Below, piece after piece: positions 45,239 through 54,679 of a DNA stretch of 64,000 bases. Location of the stretch: assembly GCA_964370855.1 (NCBI GenBank), contig CAYJMF010000001.1, positions 133,167-197,166 of the forward strand, written 5' to 3'. Under the pieces are notes generated by a model, which saw only the letters and a list, made by a program, of their open reading frames with translations, made no database searches and was not told the origin of the DNA. The stretch is from an uncultured Planctomycetota bacterium (GTDB lineage Bacteria > Planctomycetota > JAJSAM01 > JAKLKS01). The position numbers were made by a program, and so were the translations under genes. The stretch's first letter is position 1. The number at the start of each line of letters is the position of its first letter.

Positions 45239-46088
45239 CGTCCCCGCAGGGGAACAGCCCCCTCCTCGATGCCTCCTTCCGGAGTGGCGACAGGGGGACT
45301 GCGTAATCGGCCCCCAGCGGTTCTACTACCGCGCGGCCGAGGTCGGAACCGCCGCCGCCGGAGAGCCGCCGCAGGATGGGAACGGCGACGACGTCTGGAA
45401 GGAGGAGGTCGAGGGACTGGTCGTCATCACGCAGAACTGCGACATCGAGAGGGACGTGAGCGTCTATCCACGGGTGGAGGTCGCGGCACTCGTGAAGCGA
45501 GACGGGAAGTTCGTGAAGGAGGTGGCGCGCCAGCGCCGGCCGAGGTTCGCCCTGGTGCCACAGGTCGCGACCATGGGTCTCGTCGCGGACCTCTCCAGGG
45601 TGATGGTCGTGGAGAAGGAGGTAGTCGCTGCGTGGCCCCGGCATCCGGGATGCGTCACGGATGACGATCGACGTGCGTTCGCTCGCGCACTGGCCAGGAA
45701 GTACGAGCGCTTCGCCTTCCCCACCGACTTCACCACTCTCGTCGGCGAACTGACGGACATGTTGAAGGAGACGCACGATCGGCCTTCGCCTGAAGGGCGT
45801 GCCCTGCGCGCACTCCAGTGGATCCGTGTCCGGGCGGACCCCGGCTGGGACGAGGAGCAGGTCTCCCTCGAGTTCCTCTTCGTGCGGAGCGAGGTCGACG
45901 CGACCTTCGAAGGACGGACCTGGGAGGAACTCGCGAAGAAGTGGATGGCGCTCGTGCCGACGACCGGACGGTTCAAGAACATCACATGGGAAGTCGCCGA
46001 CATGGACCGGTTCACGATGAGGGACTTCGTCGCGACCGACCCTCTGGACCTTGACCGACTCTCCGGGGCGGCGAGACCGGCGGACTGA
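45225..46088 (+). CDS. Hypothetical protein, third gene of the cassette (no domain recognised)
   Basis: GTG 45225 lies 14 nt before the upstream stop (45236-38). 287 aa with ordinary globular composition ('LPEWRQGDCV..', 'GLVVITQNCDIERD', 'FAFPTDFTTLV..'). The C-terminal 'DPLDLDRLSGA' is repeated in the relic at 52.8 kb. Confidence 0.7.
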   Translation: MAEGDVPAGEQPPPRCLLPEWRQGDCVIGPQRFYYRAAEVGTAAAGEPPQDGNGDDVWKEEVEGLVVITQNCDIERDVSVYPRVEVAALVKRDGKFVKEVARQRRPRFALVPQVATMGLVADLSRVMVVEKEVVAAWPRHPGCVTDDDRRAFARALARKYERFAFPTDFTTLVGELTDMLKETHDRPSPEGRALRALQWIRVRADPGWDEEQVSLEFLFVRSEVDATFEGRTWEELAKKWMALVPTTGRFKNITWEVADMDRFTMRDFVATDPLDLDRLSGAARPAD

Positions 46089-46295
46089 GCGCTCCCACGT
46101 GCCCGGGCGGGCGAGGGCAAGGACGGACGCGACTCCCGCTGACAGTCCTTCGCCACCATCCCCACCGCCCCCCCGGAGACCTGGATGCCGAGTTCACCGT
46201 CGAAGGCCCGACGGGTACCATGGCCGGGCCATGAAGAAGGGAGTGCCGGTCGGGAACGCGATCCTCGTCGCCGCGGTGCAGGCAAAGGCGGAGTG

Positions 46296-48281
46296 ATGAC
46301 GACCCCGCTCGGAGGTGCGGGAGGGCGGGGGCATCCGGGCGGAGCCACCGGGCGAAGGACCCGGCGGGACCTGGCCATGGCCATCGCGGTGGCCGTGGTG
46401 GCGGCCGTCGCGTGGGTGCTCCTCCGCACTCCGGAGATGGAGGAGCACGTGGTGCCCCCGGCGCCGCCGCCGGCCCCGCTCCCCGCGCCGGCGCCGGGGA
46501 CGCCGGCCGTCGCGCCCCCTCCACCCGCCACGCCAACGAAGGCCGGCCCGCCCGCGCCGCCGCCCGCCGCCGCGGCGGATGCCCCCCCCGCGGACCCGCG
46601 ACCCCTCCTCCGCGGCCGCGCGGTGATCCGCGCCCCCGACGGGAGCGAGAAGCCGGCGCCCGGCGCGCGGTTCGTCCTCCACGAACTGCCCATGGAGATC
46701 GAAGTGGCAACCGGGACGTACTGGAACACCCATCGATTCATCGTCTGCGACGGAGACGGGCGTTTCGAGGCGCCGGTCCCTCCCGACGACGAGGTGGTCC
46801 TCCTGCCGGACCCCGGGGACGCGGCCTTCGCGTTCCCCGCGGGGCTCGGGAAGCTGCGGTTCGCCACCGACGCCGCCTCCCTCGCCGACGAGGTCCGCGT
46901 GCAACTCTCCCCGCGGGGCCGCGCCTCGGGCATCGTCCTCGACCCCGCGGGAGAGCCCGTCGCCGGCGCGTCGATCTCCTTCGCCGCGAAAATCACGCAG
47001 GAGGGCCCCCTCTACACCGCCCCGGAACTGGGCTCCTCCCGGACCCTGTCCGGCCCCGACGGGCGTTTCACCCTGGAGGGGCTCCCGGTCGGGAGGACCC
47101 TGGCGGCGGTCGCGGCGAAGGCGCCCTTCCGGAAGAGCCTCTCCTCCCCGTTCCAGGTTCCCGAGGGCGGAACCGTCGAGGGCATCGAGATCCGCCTCCT
47201 CCCGGGCTGCGCCATCACCGGCCTCGTGACGGACCCGGCGGGCGCTCCCCTTCCCGGCGCGCAGGTGCGCGTGACGACGGGGAACACGACGCGATGGGCG
47301 GGACCCAACGTCCCCGCCGATCTCCCCGACGAGGCCGTCGCGGGGCCCGACGGGCGGTACCGGATCGAGGGGCTCGAGCAGCGGGCGTACAGCGTCTTCG
47401 CCACCCTGGAGGGTCACACTCCCGCCGACCTGGGCGGGATCCACGCCACCGCCGCGGGGACCGAGGCGGGCCCCCTCGTGCTCGTGCGGGGAGGGGTCCT
47501 CCGCGGGATCGTCGTGGACGCGGAGGGGCAACCGCTCACCGGCGCCTCCATCACCCTCCAGGGCGAGAACCGCAGCGGCGGCACGGCCACGACGGGCGCC
47601 GACGGGAGATTCGAGATCCGTCCCGTGGTCCCCGGCTCCCACACGCTCTACGCGGGAAAGGTCGGATTCGTCCAGCGCCCGCCGGAGAGCCTCGAACTGG
47701 CCGGAGGGGAGGAGATCCGGATCGTCCTCGAGCGGGGGTACGAGATCACGGGCACCGTGCTCGACTTCGACGGCAAGCCCGTCCCGCAGGCACGGGTCCA
47801 GGTCCACCCCTGGCCCACCAGGGGCGCGGAAGTCCTCGGAGTCGCCATGACCGACCCCCGCGGGAGGTTCTCCGTCGGAGGCCTCCCCGCCGGGAGCCAC
47901 GGGATCGCGGTGACCGCGGTGGGCCACGTCTTTCCCGACTTCCCCCCGGTCCCCGCGGGGACCACGACCGTGGAACTCCGCACCGCACGGTCGGTCTTCA
48001 TCGCCGGCCGGGTCCTGAAGCCGGAGGGGGAGCCCTTCCCCGACGCATGGGTGGAGGTCGCCGACGGCGGAGGGGTCGAGCCCCCGGACCACGTCGACCT
48101 CCGCCGGTTCCGGCGCGTGCTGACGGATGGGGAGGGCTGCTTCCGGGCCGAGGGGCTCCTCGGCGGCCCCTTCCACCTCCTCGTCCGGGCCCGGGACGAC
48201 CTGCAGGAGGAGTCCCTCCGCGACGTCCCCGGGGACAGCGACGGCCTCGTCCTGCGGATGCGGCGGCGGGAGGGGCGCTGA
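46296..48281 (+). CDS. Membrane-anchored CarboxypepD_reg-like repeat protein (short paralog)
   Basis: ATG 46296 has AAGGCGGAG upstream; an alternative ATG is at 46377. TM 'MAIAVAVVAAVAWVLL', Pro/Ala linker, then about 6 modules ('GIVLDPAGEPVAGASI', 'GLVTDPAGAPLPGAQV', 'GIVVDAEGQPLTGASI', 'GTVLDFDGKPVPQARV'). Confidence 0.8.
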   Translation: MTTPLGGAGGRGHPGGATGRRTRRDLAMAIAVAVVAAVAWVLLRTPEMEEHVVPPAPPPAPLPAPAPGTPAVAPPPPATPTKAGPPAPPPAAAADAPPADPRPLLRGRAVIRAPDGSEKPAPGARFVLHELPMEIEVATGTYWNTHRFIVCDGDGRFEAPVPPDDEVVLLPDPGDAAFAFPAGLGKLRFATDAASLADEVRVQLSPRGRASGIVLDPAGEPVAGASISFAAKITQEGPLYTAPELGSSRTLSGPDGRFTLEGLPVGRTLAAVAAKAPFRKSLSSPFQVPEGGTVEGIEIRLLPGCAITGLVTDPAGAPLPGAQVRVTTGNTTRWAGPNVPADLPDEAVAGPDGRYRIEGLEQRAYSVFATLEGHTPADLGGIHATAAGTEAGPLVLVRGGVLRGIVVDAEGQPLTGASITLQGENRSGGTATTGADGRFEIRPVVPGSHTLYAGKVGFVQRPPESLELAGGEEIRIVLERGYEITGTVLDFDGKPVPQARVQVHPWPTRGAEVLGVAMTDPRGRFSVGGLPAGSHGIAVTAVGHVFPDFPPVPAGTTTVELRTARSVFIAGRVLKPEGEPFPDAWVEVADGGGVEPPDHVDLRRFRRVLTDGEGCFRAEGLLGGPFHLLVRARDDLQEESLRDVPGDSDGLVLRMRRREGR

Positions 48282-48334
48282 GGCGACGGCAGGACGGGAG
48301 CCGCCCGCAACGCCGGAGTCGGGCTCGCCCCTGC

Positions 48335-51300
48335 CTACTCCCCTCCCGCCGGGATCCTCAGGTCCGCCGACGGCGCCTCGAACTCCCCGAGCGGGAAGGT
48401 CTCCCCGAAGCGGGTCTCGGCGGTCAGGACGATGCGGCCCGGGACGAGGCCCACCAGGGTGAAGACCCCGTCGTCCCCCGCCGCGGTGAACTCCCGGAGG
48501 CCGGGCAGGCCCGGTTGTGCGGCGACGACGTAGAACACCTCCCGGGCCTTCCGGGCGCCGTCCACGAGGAGGACGCGGAGACGGGCCCCGGGCCGGGTCC
48601 GCACCTCCAGCCCCGCCGTTCCCGGGGCGACGGGCCCGGAGGCCACGGGCGCGAAATCCGGGACCTCCTCCGAGGCGTAGGTCCCCCCCGCGTAGACCCG
48701 GAACCGGTAGGGGCCGAGATCCTCGAACTGGAACTCCCCGCTCTCGTCGGTGCGTTCCCATCCGAAGGCCCCCGGCGCGTCCGCGGCCACCCCCTCCGCC
48801 AGGGCGCGCACGGGGACGCCCGCGCCGACGGGCAGGCCGTCGGGGTCGAGGACGCGGCCGGAGATCCGGCCCGCCCTCTCCAGTTCGATCACGACGTCCA
48901 CGCTCCCCGCGGGAACGGCGGCCACGCGGGCCTCGAGGAACCCGTCGCAGAAGCGCGTCACGAGGTCGTAGTCCGTCCCGGGAAGGAGGGGCCCGGCCTC
49001 GAACCGGCCGTCGTGGATGGAATCGGCGTCCCCCCCCATGTCGCGCAGCGAGGTCCCCGGCGGACCGTAGTGGACCCACCCGGACTCGACGGGGTTCCCC
49101 TCCCCGTCCACCACCGTGCCGGAGATGAAGACGCCCCGGTGCAACCGGAGCACCACCCCGGCGGTCCCCGCCGGGACTCCGTCCAGTGCCGCGGGCACGA
49201 GGTCCATGGGCCGCCGGGAGGACCAGGCCGAGAGGCGGTACTTCCCCTTCGGGAGTCCCTCGAAGGAGAAGGAGCCGTCCTTCCCCGCCTCCCCGTCACG
49301 GCAGAGGGGCGAGATCAGGTCGCCGAAGGGGTTCACCATGTCGACCCGCACGTGGACGGGCTCCGCGAGGGCCCCCCCCTCCCCGTCCAGCACCCGGCCG
49401 GAGATGGAGAGCCCCGGGGAGAGTTCCACACGGAGCCCGCGCGCACCCACGGCGAGGTCCTGGATCTCGACGGGGACGAGTCCACGGGTCCCGGGGTCGA
49501 GGCCGTCCTCCCTCCCCGCGAGGAGATCGCAGGTCCGCGTGCCGTCGAGACCGTCGAGGAGGAAGGTCCCGTCGGCGCGGCTCTCCCCCCGCACCTCGTG
49601 GACGGGGCCCAGGTAGCCGGTCTGCTGGCGGGCCGCCAGGGGGATCCCCGGCAGCGGCGCCCCGGAGCCGGCGGCGACGACGAGGCCCGCGAGGGTGCCC
49701 GTGCGGTGGAGGACGATCACCGACTCCCCGCCGCCGCTCTCGCCGAGGGCGGCGCCCGGGTACCGGCCATCGAGGTCGGCGAGGACGTCGTACTCGCCCT
49801 TCCAGAGCCCTCCCACGGTGAACCGCCCGTCGGGGCCGGAGACCGCGAGCACGGCCCCCTCCCCGACAATGCGGTCCATGTGAAGCCACTCCGGCATGTG
49901 TCTGGACACCCGGATGGCCGCCCCGGGCAGGGGGCGGCCCTCTTCATCGACGACCCGGCCGCGGAGTTCCGTCGCAGGGACGAGGAGCACCTCGATCCCC
50001 TCCACGACCTGTCCCGCGGCGACCTCGCATCGGGGAGGGTCCTCGGGGAGGAACCCGTCCGCCGTCACCCACAGGAGGTAGTTCCCCGGGCGCACTCCCT
50101 CCAGGCGGAAGGTGCCGTCCTCCTCCGCGGCGGCCACCCGGTCCCCCGGTTCCGCCGGCCGGGAGAGACCGGGGTAGAACCCCGCACCGAGGAGGACCTC
50201 GGCCGATGGGGGGAGCGGCCCCCCTTCCACGCGGATCCGGCCGGCCACCGTGGCGCCGGGGAGGGCGGTCACGACCACGTGCACGGGGCGGTCGCCCTCG
50301 GGCACGGGGAAGGGCTCCGAGATGCCCGATTCCCCGGCGCTCCCGAAGACCCTCACCCGGACCCCGCTCCCGGGGAGGACGCCCTCGATGCGGAACCTCC
50401 CGTCGGCATCGGAGGGGTCGCGCGAGGAGATCCAGCCGGAATCCCCCTCACGCTCCTGGAGCACGGCGTCGATTCCCGGCAGGGGTCGGCCCTTCCCGTC
50501 CATGACCGTCCCCTCGATCACGGCCCCCCTCCGGAGGACGAAATCCCGCTCCGCCTCCTCCCCCGCCGCGACCTCGACGTGCGCGCGGCCGCTGTCGAGG
50601 AACGACCTCCCGCGCACGTGGAGACCGCAGGGCCCCGGCCGGACCCCGGAGAGCAGGAACCGGCCGTCGGGTCCGGATTCCGTGCGCACGTTGAACTCCC
50701 ATCCCTCGTCGGATTCGGGGTACGCCACCACGTCCGCCCCCTCGACGGGAGTCCCGTCCGCTGATCGGACGGATCCCCGGATCCGCCCGCCCCGCGCGAG
50801 GGCGACCTCGACGACGGTCTCGCGGTCCGGCAGGAGTTCCGGGCAGGGCGCGTCCCGCTCCATCACGGCCGGGACGGCGCCCTCCTTCTTCGCCTCCCAT
50901 CGGCCGAGCCGCCCCGCGGGGAGGCCCCGGAAGACCACGATGCCTCCCGCATCCGTCGGGGCCAGGGCATCCGCGGACCACGGGGAGTCGCCCGGTCCAC
51001 CCACGCCGGCGTACACCCAGACCCCCGCGACGGGGCTCCCGTCGGCCCCGTCGCGGACGAGGAACCGGAGCGAGCAGCCCGCGGGGAGGACGAGGTCGAA
51101 CCGCTCCACGGAGGGGAGGGTCAGGGTCCGGGCCGACAGCGCGACCCGGCCCTCGAGGACGACGGAGAGCGTGGCGGTGCCGGGGGGGAGGGCGGCCAGG
51201 CGGTAGCGGCCCTCCCCGTCCGTCGCCGTCCCGTGGATGCCCTCCGCCCATCCCTTCGCCACCACCCGCGCGCCGACGACCGGTTCCCCCGAGGAGGTCA

Positions 51301-51856
51301 GGACCCGCCCCTCGAGGGAGCAGGCCGGACCGAGGCGGAGTTCCACGGACCGTCGGCACCCCTCGGGCCGCAGGTAGACCTGCTCCTCCGCCGTGCACCG
51401 GCCTTCGACCGCGGCCCGCACGCGGAGGAAGCCGGCCGGGAGCCCCCCGAGGACCCCCCTTCCCCCGGCGTCCGTCGCGAGGCGGCCCACGGAGGGCCCG
51501 GGGTCGGGGGCGAGGGAGGAGATCCGGATCACCGCCGGGGGAAGCGAATCCTCGGGATCCCGGAGGAAGAGGACTTCGGCCCCCGGGAGGGGCCGGCCCA
51601 TGCCGTCGACGACCCGGACGGAGACGATGCGATCCTCCTTCACGGGCTCCCCGGCCCCGGGCGGCGGGACCGCGGCCGGGGGACGCGGCGGTGCGGGAAG
51701 CGGGGCCGCCGGGGAAGGACCCGCCGGCGCCTTCCCCCCTCCGCCGGGGGCGGGACCGACCCGGGGCGCCCCGGGCAGGAGGAGGAGCCCCAGGGCGAGG
51801 GCCGCCACCGCCGCCATCGCGGCCACGACCTTCACCGCCCGCCGCCGGGATCCCAT
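48335..51856 (-). CDS. Membrane-anchored CarboxypepD_reg-like repeat protein (paralog family)
   Basis: ATG 51856 with GGAGG 5 nt upstream. TM 'VKVVAAMAAVAALALGLLLL', Pro-rich linker, repeats. It ends '..LGEFEAPSADLRIPAGGE'. It is convergent with 46296..48281. Confidence 0.85.
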   Translation of the reverse strand: MGSRRRAVKVVAAMAAVAALALGLLLLPGAPRVGPAPGGGGKAPAGPSPAAPLPAPPRPPAAVPPPGAGEPVKEDRIVSVRVVDGMGRPLPGAEVLFLRDPEDSLPPAVIRISSLAPDPGPSVGRLATDAGGRGVLGGLPAGFLRVRAAVEGRCTAEEQVYLRPEGCRRSVELRLGPACSLEGRVLTSSGEPVVGARVVAKGWAEGIHGTATDGEGRYRLAALPPGTATLSVVLEGRVALSARTLTLPSVERFDLVLPAGCSLRFLVRDGADGSPVAGVWVYAGVGGPGDSPWSADALAPTDAGGIVVFRGLPAGRLGRWEAKKEGAVPAVMERDAPCPELLPDRETVVEVALARGGRIRGSVRSADGTPVEGADVVAYPESDEGWEFNVRTESGPDGRFLLSGVRPGPCGLHVRGRSFLDSGRAHVEVAAGEEAERDFVLRRGAVIEGTVMDGKGRPLPGIDAVLQEREGDSGWISSRDPSDADGRFRIEGVLPGSGVRVRVFGSAGESGISEPFPVPEGDRPVHVVVTALPGATVAGRIRVEGGPLPPSAEVLLGAGFYPGLSRPAEPGDRVAAAEEDGTFRLEGVRPGNYLLWVTADGFLPEDPPRCEVAAGQVVEGIEVLLVPATELRGRVVDEEGRPLPGAAIRVSRHMPEWLHMDRIVGEGAVLAVSGPDGRFTVGGLWKGEYDVLADLDGRYPGAALGESGGGESVIVLHRTGTLAGLVVAAGSGAPLPGIPLAARQQTGYLGPVHEVRGESRADGTFLLDGLDGTRTCDLLAGREDGLDPGTRGLVPVEIQDLAVGARGLRVELSPGLSISGRVLDGEGGALAEPVHVRVDMVNPFGDLISPLCRDGEAGKDGSFSFEGLPKGKYRLSAWSSRRPMDLVPAALDGVPAGTAGVVLRLHRGVFISGTVVDGEGNPVESGWVHYGPPGTSLRDMGGDADSIHDGRFEAGPLLPGTDYDLVTRFCDGFLEARVAAVPAGSVDVVIELERAGRISGRVLDPDGLPVGAGVPVRALAEGVAADAPGAFGWERTDESGEFQFEDLGPYRFRVYAGGTYASEEVPDFAPVASGPVAPGTAGLEVRTRPGARLRVLLVDGARKAREVFYVVAAQPGLPGLREFTAAGDDGVFTLVGLVPGRIVLTAETRFGETFPLGEFEAPSADLRIPAGGE

Positions 51857-51990
51857 GGGGCCTCCGACACGAGGGTAACCCGTGGGGACGGCGACGTCTG
51901 CAACGACGGGGGGCGAGCGGAGCGCCTCGGGGAGTGCGCTCCCTTCCCGAGGTCATTTGGGAAGATCCGGCTCCGCCACGGAGAACCCGC

Positions 51991-52722
51991 GTGTCCCCCA
52001 CCGTCACGAGCCCGGCCCGGCAGGCCGTCCTCCACCGCATCGCCGGGGCCGTGCTCGCCCTGCCCGCCGCCGGCACGCTCCGCGTCGCCATCGACGGCAT
52101 CGACGGCGCGGGGAAGACGACCCTCGGGGACGAGCTGCGCGACGCGCTGGCCCCCTCCGGGCGCCCGATCCTCCGGGCCACGGTGGACGGCTTCCACCAC
52201 CCGCGCGCCGTCCGGTACCGGCTGGGGAAGGGATCGCCGGAGGGCTTCTACCGCGACTCCTACGACTACGCGACGCTCCAGGCCGTCCTCCTCGATCCCC
52301 TCGGCCCCGGCGGCGACGGCCGCTTCCGGAGGGCGGTGTTCGACGTGGACGCCGACCTCCCCGTGGAGGCGCCCGTCGAGCGGGCCCCCCCACGCGCGAT
52401 CCTCCTGTTCGACGGCATGTTCCTCCACCGTCCCGAGCTGCGCGACGCATGGGACCTGTCGATCCTCCTCCGGGTCCCGTGGCCGAGGAACCACCACCTC
52501 CGGAAGCTCCTGGAGCGCGGGCCCGTGGACCCCGGGGAGGGCCGGTTCCACCGCTACCGGGAGGGGCAGGAGATCTACTTCCGCGAGTGCCGCCCCGAAA
52601 CCTTCGCCGACCTCGTCGTGGACAACGAGGACCTCGCGGCGCCGTTCCTGGTGGAGGAGGAGCCGCCCCCCTCCGGTCCGGGCGCGGCCGGCGGTTCCGC
52701 TGATCGCCTCCCCCGATGTTGA
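51991..52722 (+). CDS. P-loop nucleoside/nucleotide kinase-like protein (uridine-kinase-like)
   Basis: GTG 51991 is in frame in ORF 51691..52722. Walker A 'IDGIDGAGKTTLG'. 'ILLFDGMFLHRPELRDAWDLSILL' (Walker B-like strand). The stop codon abuts the relic repeat at 52721. Confidence 0.7.
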   Translation: MSPTVTSPARQAVLHRIAGAVLALPAAGTLRVAIDGIDGAGKTTLGDELRDALAPSGRPILRATVDGFHHPRAVRYRLGKGSPEGFYRDSYDYATLQAVLLDPLGPGGDGRFRRAVFDVDADLPVEAPVERAPPRAILLFDGMFLHRPELRDAWDLSILLRVPWPRNHHLRKLLERGPVDPGEGRFHRYREGQEIYFRECRPETFADLVVDNEDLAAPFLVEEEPPPSGPGAAGGSADRLPRC

Positions 52723-52864
52723 GGAGGAGGGAGAGGGCGGCGGTCGGGCGCATGGTGCACCTCCGATTCGGGGGGGATTGCACTCCCGGGTGACGGGTAC
52801 CTTCCCTCCGGAGGAACTCAGCGAGAGCGACCCATTGGACCTCGACCGCCTTTCGGGGGCGTAG
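52721..52864. pseudogene. Relic of a second HEAT-gene 5' end / cassette 3' end module
   Basis: 52721-52765 matches 43369-43413 with one mismatch. This covers the upstream leader plus codons MRPTAALSLLL of the HEAT gene on the minus strand. Looser similarity continues to about 52790. 52797-52864 encodes '..TFPPEELSESDPLDLDRLSGA*' on the plus strand. This is homologous to the C-terminus of 45225..46088, with mostly synonymous differences. Confidence 0.55.
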
Positions 52865-52973
52865 GGGGTCGCAGGCAGACACCAACCTGCGGCGTTCCCC
52901 AAGAGCGGCTCCCTCCACTGCGGACGGTACTACAATCGGCGGTGGAGTTTCGGACCGGCGCCGGAGGACGGGG

Positions 52974-54587
52974 ATGACCTCGACGGTGACGCGACGCGGC
53001 GTGGCGCTCCTGCTCCTCGCGCTCGCGGCGACGGCGCCCCTCCCCGCCGTCGCCGACGGGATGTACTTCCCCGAGAAGTCGCACGTGGTCCCCGTCGCCA
53101 TCCCGGCGCAGAGGGCGATCCTCGTCCACCGGAACGGGGTCGAGACGCTGACCGTCGAATCGACCCTCGACGCCCGCGGCCAGGCCTTCGGCTGGGTCGT
53201 CCCCGTCCCCGCGACGCCGACCTCGGTGGAGAAGGGGACCCGGGGCCCCCTCGACGTCCTCGACCGGGTGACCGGGCCGGAGGTCGTCCACGGGACCGGC
53301 TTCTCGCGGGGCGCGGGGCCGTGGGCGCTCCTGTTCCTCGGCCTTCTCCTCCTCTCCCGGGCCCGCCTCCTCCGGGCGGGGTTCACCGGCCGGGGGATCT
53401 TCGACGTCCTCATGATCTGGGTGGCCGGCCTGTTCGTATTCTCCCTCACCCTCGGCGTCCGCGGGAGCGTGACCAAGGGAGGCGGGGGCGGCTTCAAAGC
53501 CTCCCTCGACCGGGAGGCCCCCACGATCCCCGGCGTCCACGCCTCCCCGACGCGGCGCGTCGGCTCCTACGAGGTGACGGTGCTCCGGGCCGACGACGCC
53601 GGCGCCCTCGGCCGCTGGCTCGAGGCGAACGGGTTCGCGACCCTGCCCCCGGGCGGCGCGCCCGTCGTCGAGGCCCACGTCCGTGAGGGCTGGTCCTTCG
53701 TGGCGGTCCGCCTCCTCCGCGAGGAGGAGGGGAGGGCCGCGCCCCATCCCCTGCGCATCGTCTTCCCCGCCGCGGCTCCGATCTACCCGATGCGCCTGAC
53801 CGCCCTCGCCGGGGGCGTGACGGCGGTGCGGCTGTACGTGGTGATGGAGGGGGGCGGGTCGGGGCCGGGGCTCGCGACCATCTTCCGCGATCGCTTCCCC
53901 CGCGTCGTCCGCGGGGCGGCGACGCCGCCGGGGGCGGGCGGCTGGGCCCGGGGCGAGGGGCTCGGGACGGATCTCCTCCATCCACGCCTCCTCGCCGACC
54001 TCTGGGACGGCTGCACCCTCACGCGCCTCGAGGGGAAGTTCCGCCCCGGGGACATGGAGCGGGACATCGTCCTCGCCGGGGCGCCGGCGGGGCCGCACCT
54101 CGCGCGGTTCTGGAGCGCCGAGGGGGCGCGGGACGCGGCCGCGCGGTGGTCCCTCCTCCCCTGGGCCTGCCTCGCCTTCGTCCTCCTCTTCGTGCCGCCG
54201 GCCCACCTGCCGCTCAAGGGGCGCCGCGGGACGCCTTTCCTCCACGGCCTCCTCGCGCTCACCCTCGGGGCGGGGGCGGTCTTCCTCGCCGTGCGGTGGA
54301 CGCTGCCGGTGATCGCGGTGGAGGAGGTGCCGTACTCCTATTCGGGCGCCCGGGGACATCCCTGGCAGAACATCCCCGGTAGCCCGCCCCTCGACCTCCG
54401 GGGACGGACCGCGGCCGAGTGCGAGGACCTCGTCCGGCAGGAGTTCTCGAAGAGGTGGCTGCCGCCTCCCTCGGTCGGCGATTCCCCCGGCGAGTTCGAG
54501 GTCCTGGACACGGGCGACTCCCCGACGATCCGCTTCTACGGCGAACACGGGGAGCCTCTGGACGGGTGGGTCCCGGAGACGCGCTGA
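52974..54587 (+). CDS. DUF2330-like secreted/membrane protein
   Basis: Signal peptide MTSTVTRRGVALLLLALAATAPLPAVA. 'GMYFPE..AIPAQRAILVHRNGVETLTVES' and 'YEVTVLRADDAGALGRWLEANGFATLPPGGAPVVEAHVREGWSFVAVRL' fit the DUF2330 pattern. Internal TM segments. Confidence 0.7.
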   Translation: MTSTVTRRGVALLLLALAATAPLPAVADGMYFPEKSHVVPVAIPAQRAILVHRNGVETLTVESTLDARGQAFGWVVPVPATPTSVEKGTRGPLDVLDRVTGPEVVHGTGFSRGAGPWALLFLGLLLLSRARLLRAGFTGRGIFDVLMIWVAGLFVFSLTLGVRGSVTKGGGGGFKASLDREAPTIPGVHASPTRRVGSYEVTVLRADDAGALGRWLEANGFATLPPGGAPVVEAHVREGWSFVAVRLLREEEGRAAPHPLRIVFPAAAPIYPMRLTALAGGVTAVRLYVVMEGGGSGPGLATIFRDRFPRVVRGAATPPGAGGWARGEGLGTDLLHPRLLADLWDGCTLTRLEGKFRPGDMERDIVLAGAPAGPHLARFWSAEGARDAAARWSLLPWACLAFVLLFVPPAHLPLKGRRGTPFLHGLLALTLGAGAVFLAVRWTLPVIAVEEVPYSYSGARGHPWQNIPGSPPLDLRGRTAAECEDLVRQEFSKRWLPPPSVGDSPGEFEVLDTGDSPTIRFYGEHGEPLDGWVPETR

Positions 54588-54679
54588 ACTACCACTGCCA
54601 TACTGAACCCGTCCCAAGTCGGCGGCGAGGTTGGGGGCGAGCGACCCTGGCCCGTAGTGGTGGTCGCCTTTCTCCCCTC

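Noticed and set aside
46231-46296. 21-codon mini-ORF (MKKGVPVGNAILVAAVQAKAE) whose stop overlaps the ATG of 46296..48281 (TGATG), considered as a possible leader peptide
   Set aside because: No convincing RBS, no conservation evidence available and no recognisable motif. It could be coincidental in a 200-nt leader. It would need ribosome profiling or comparative data.
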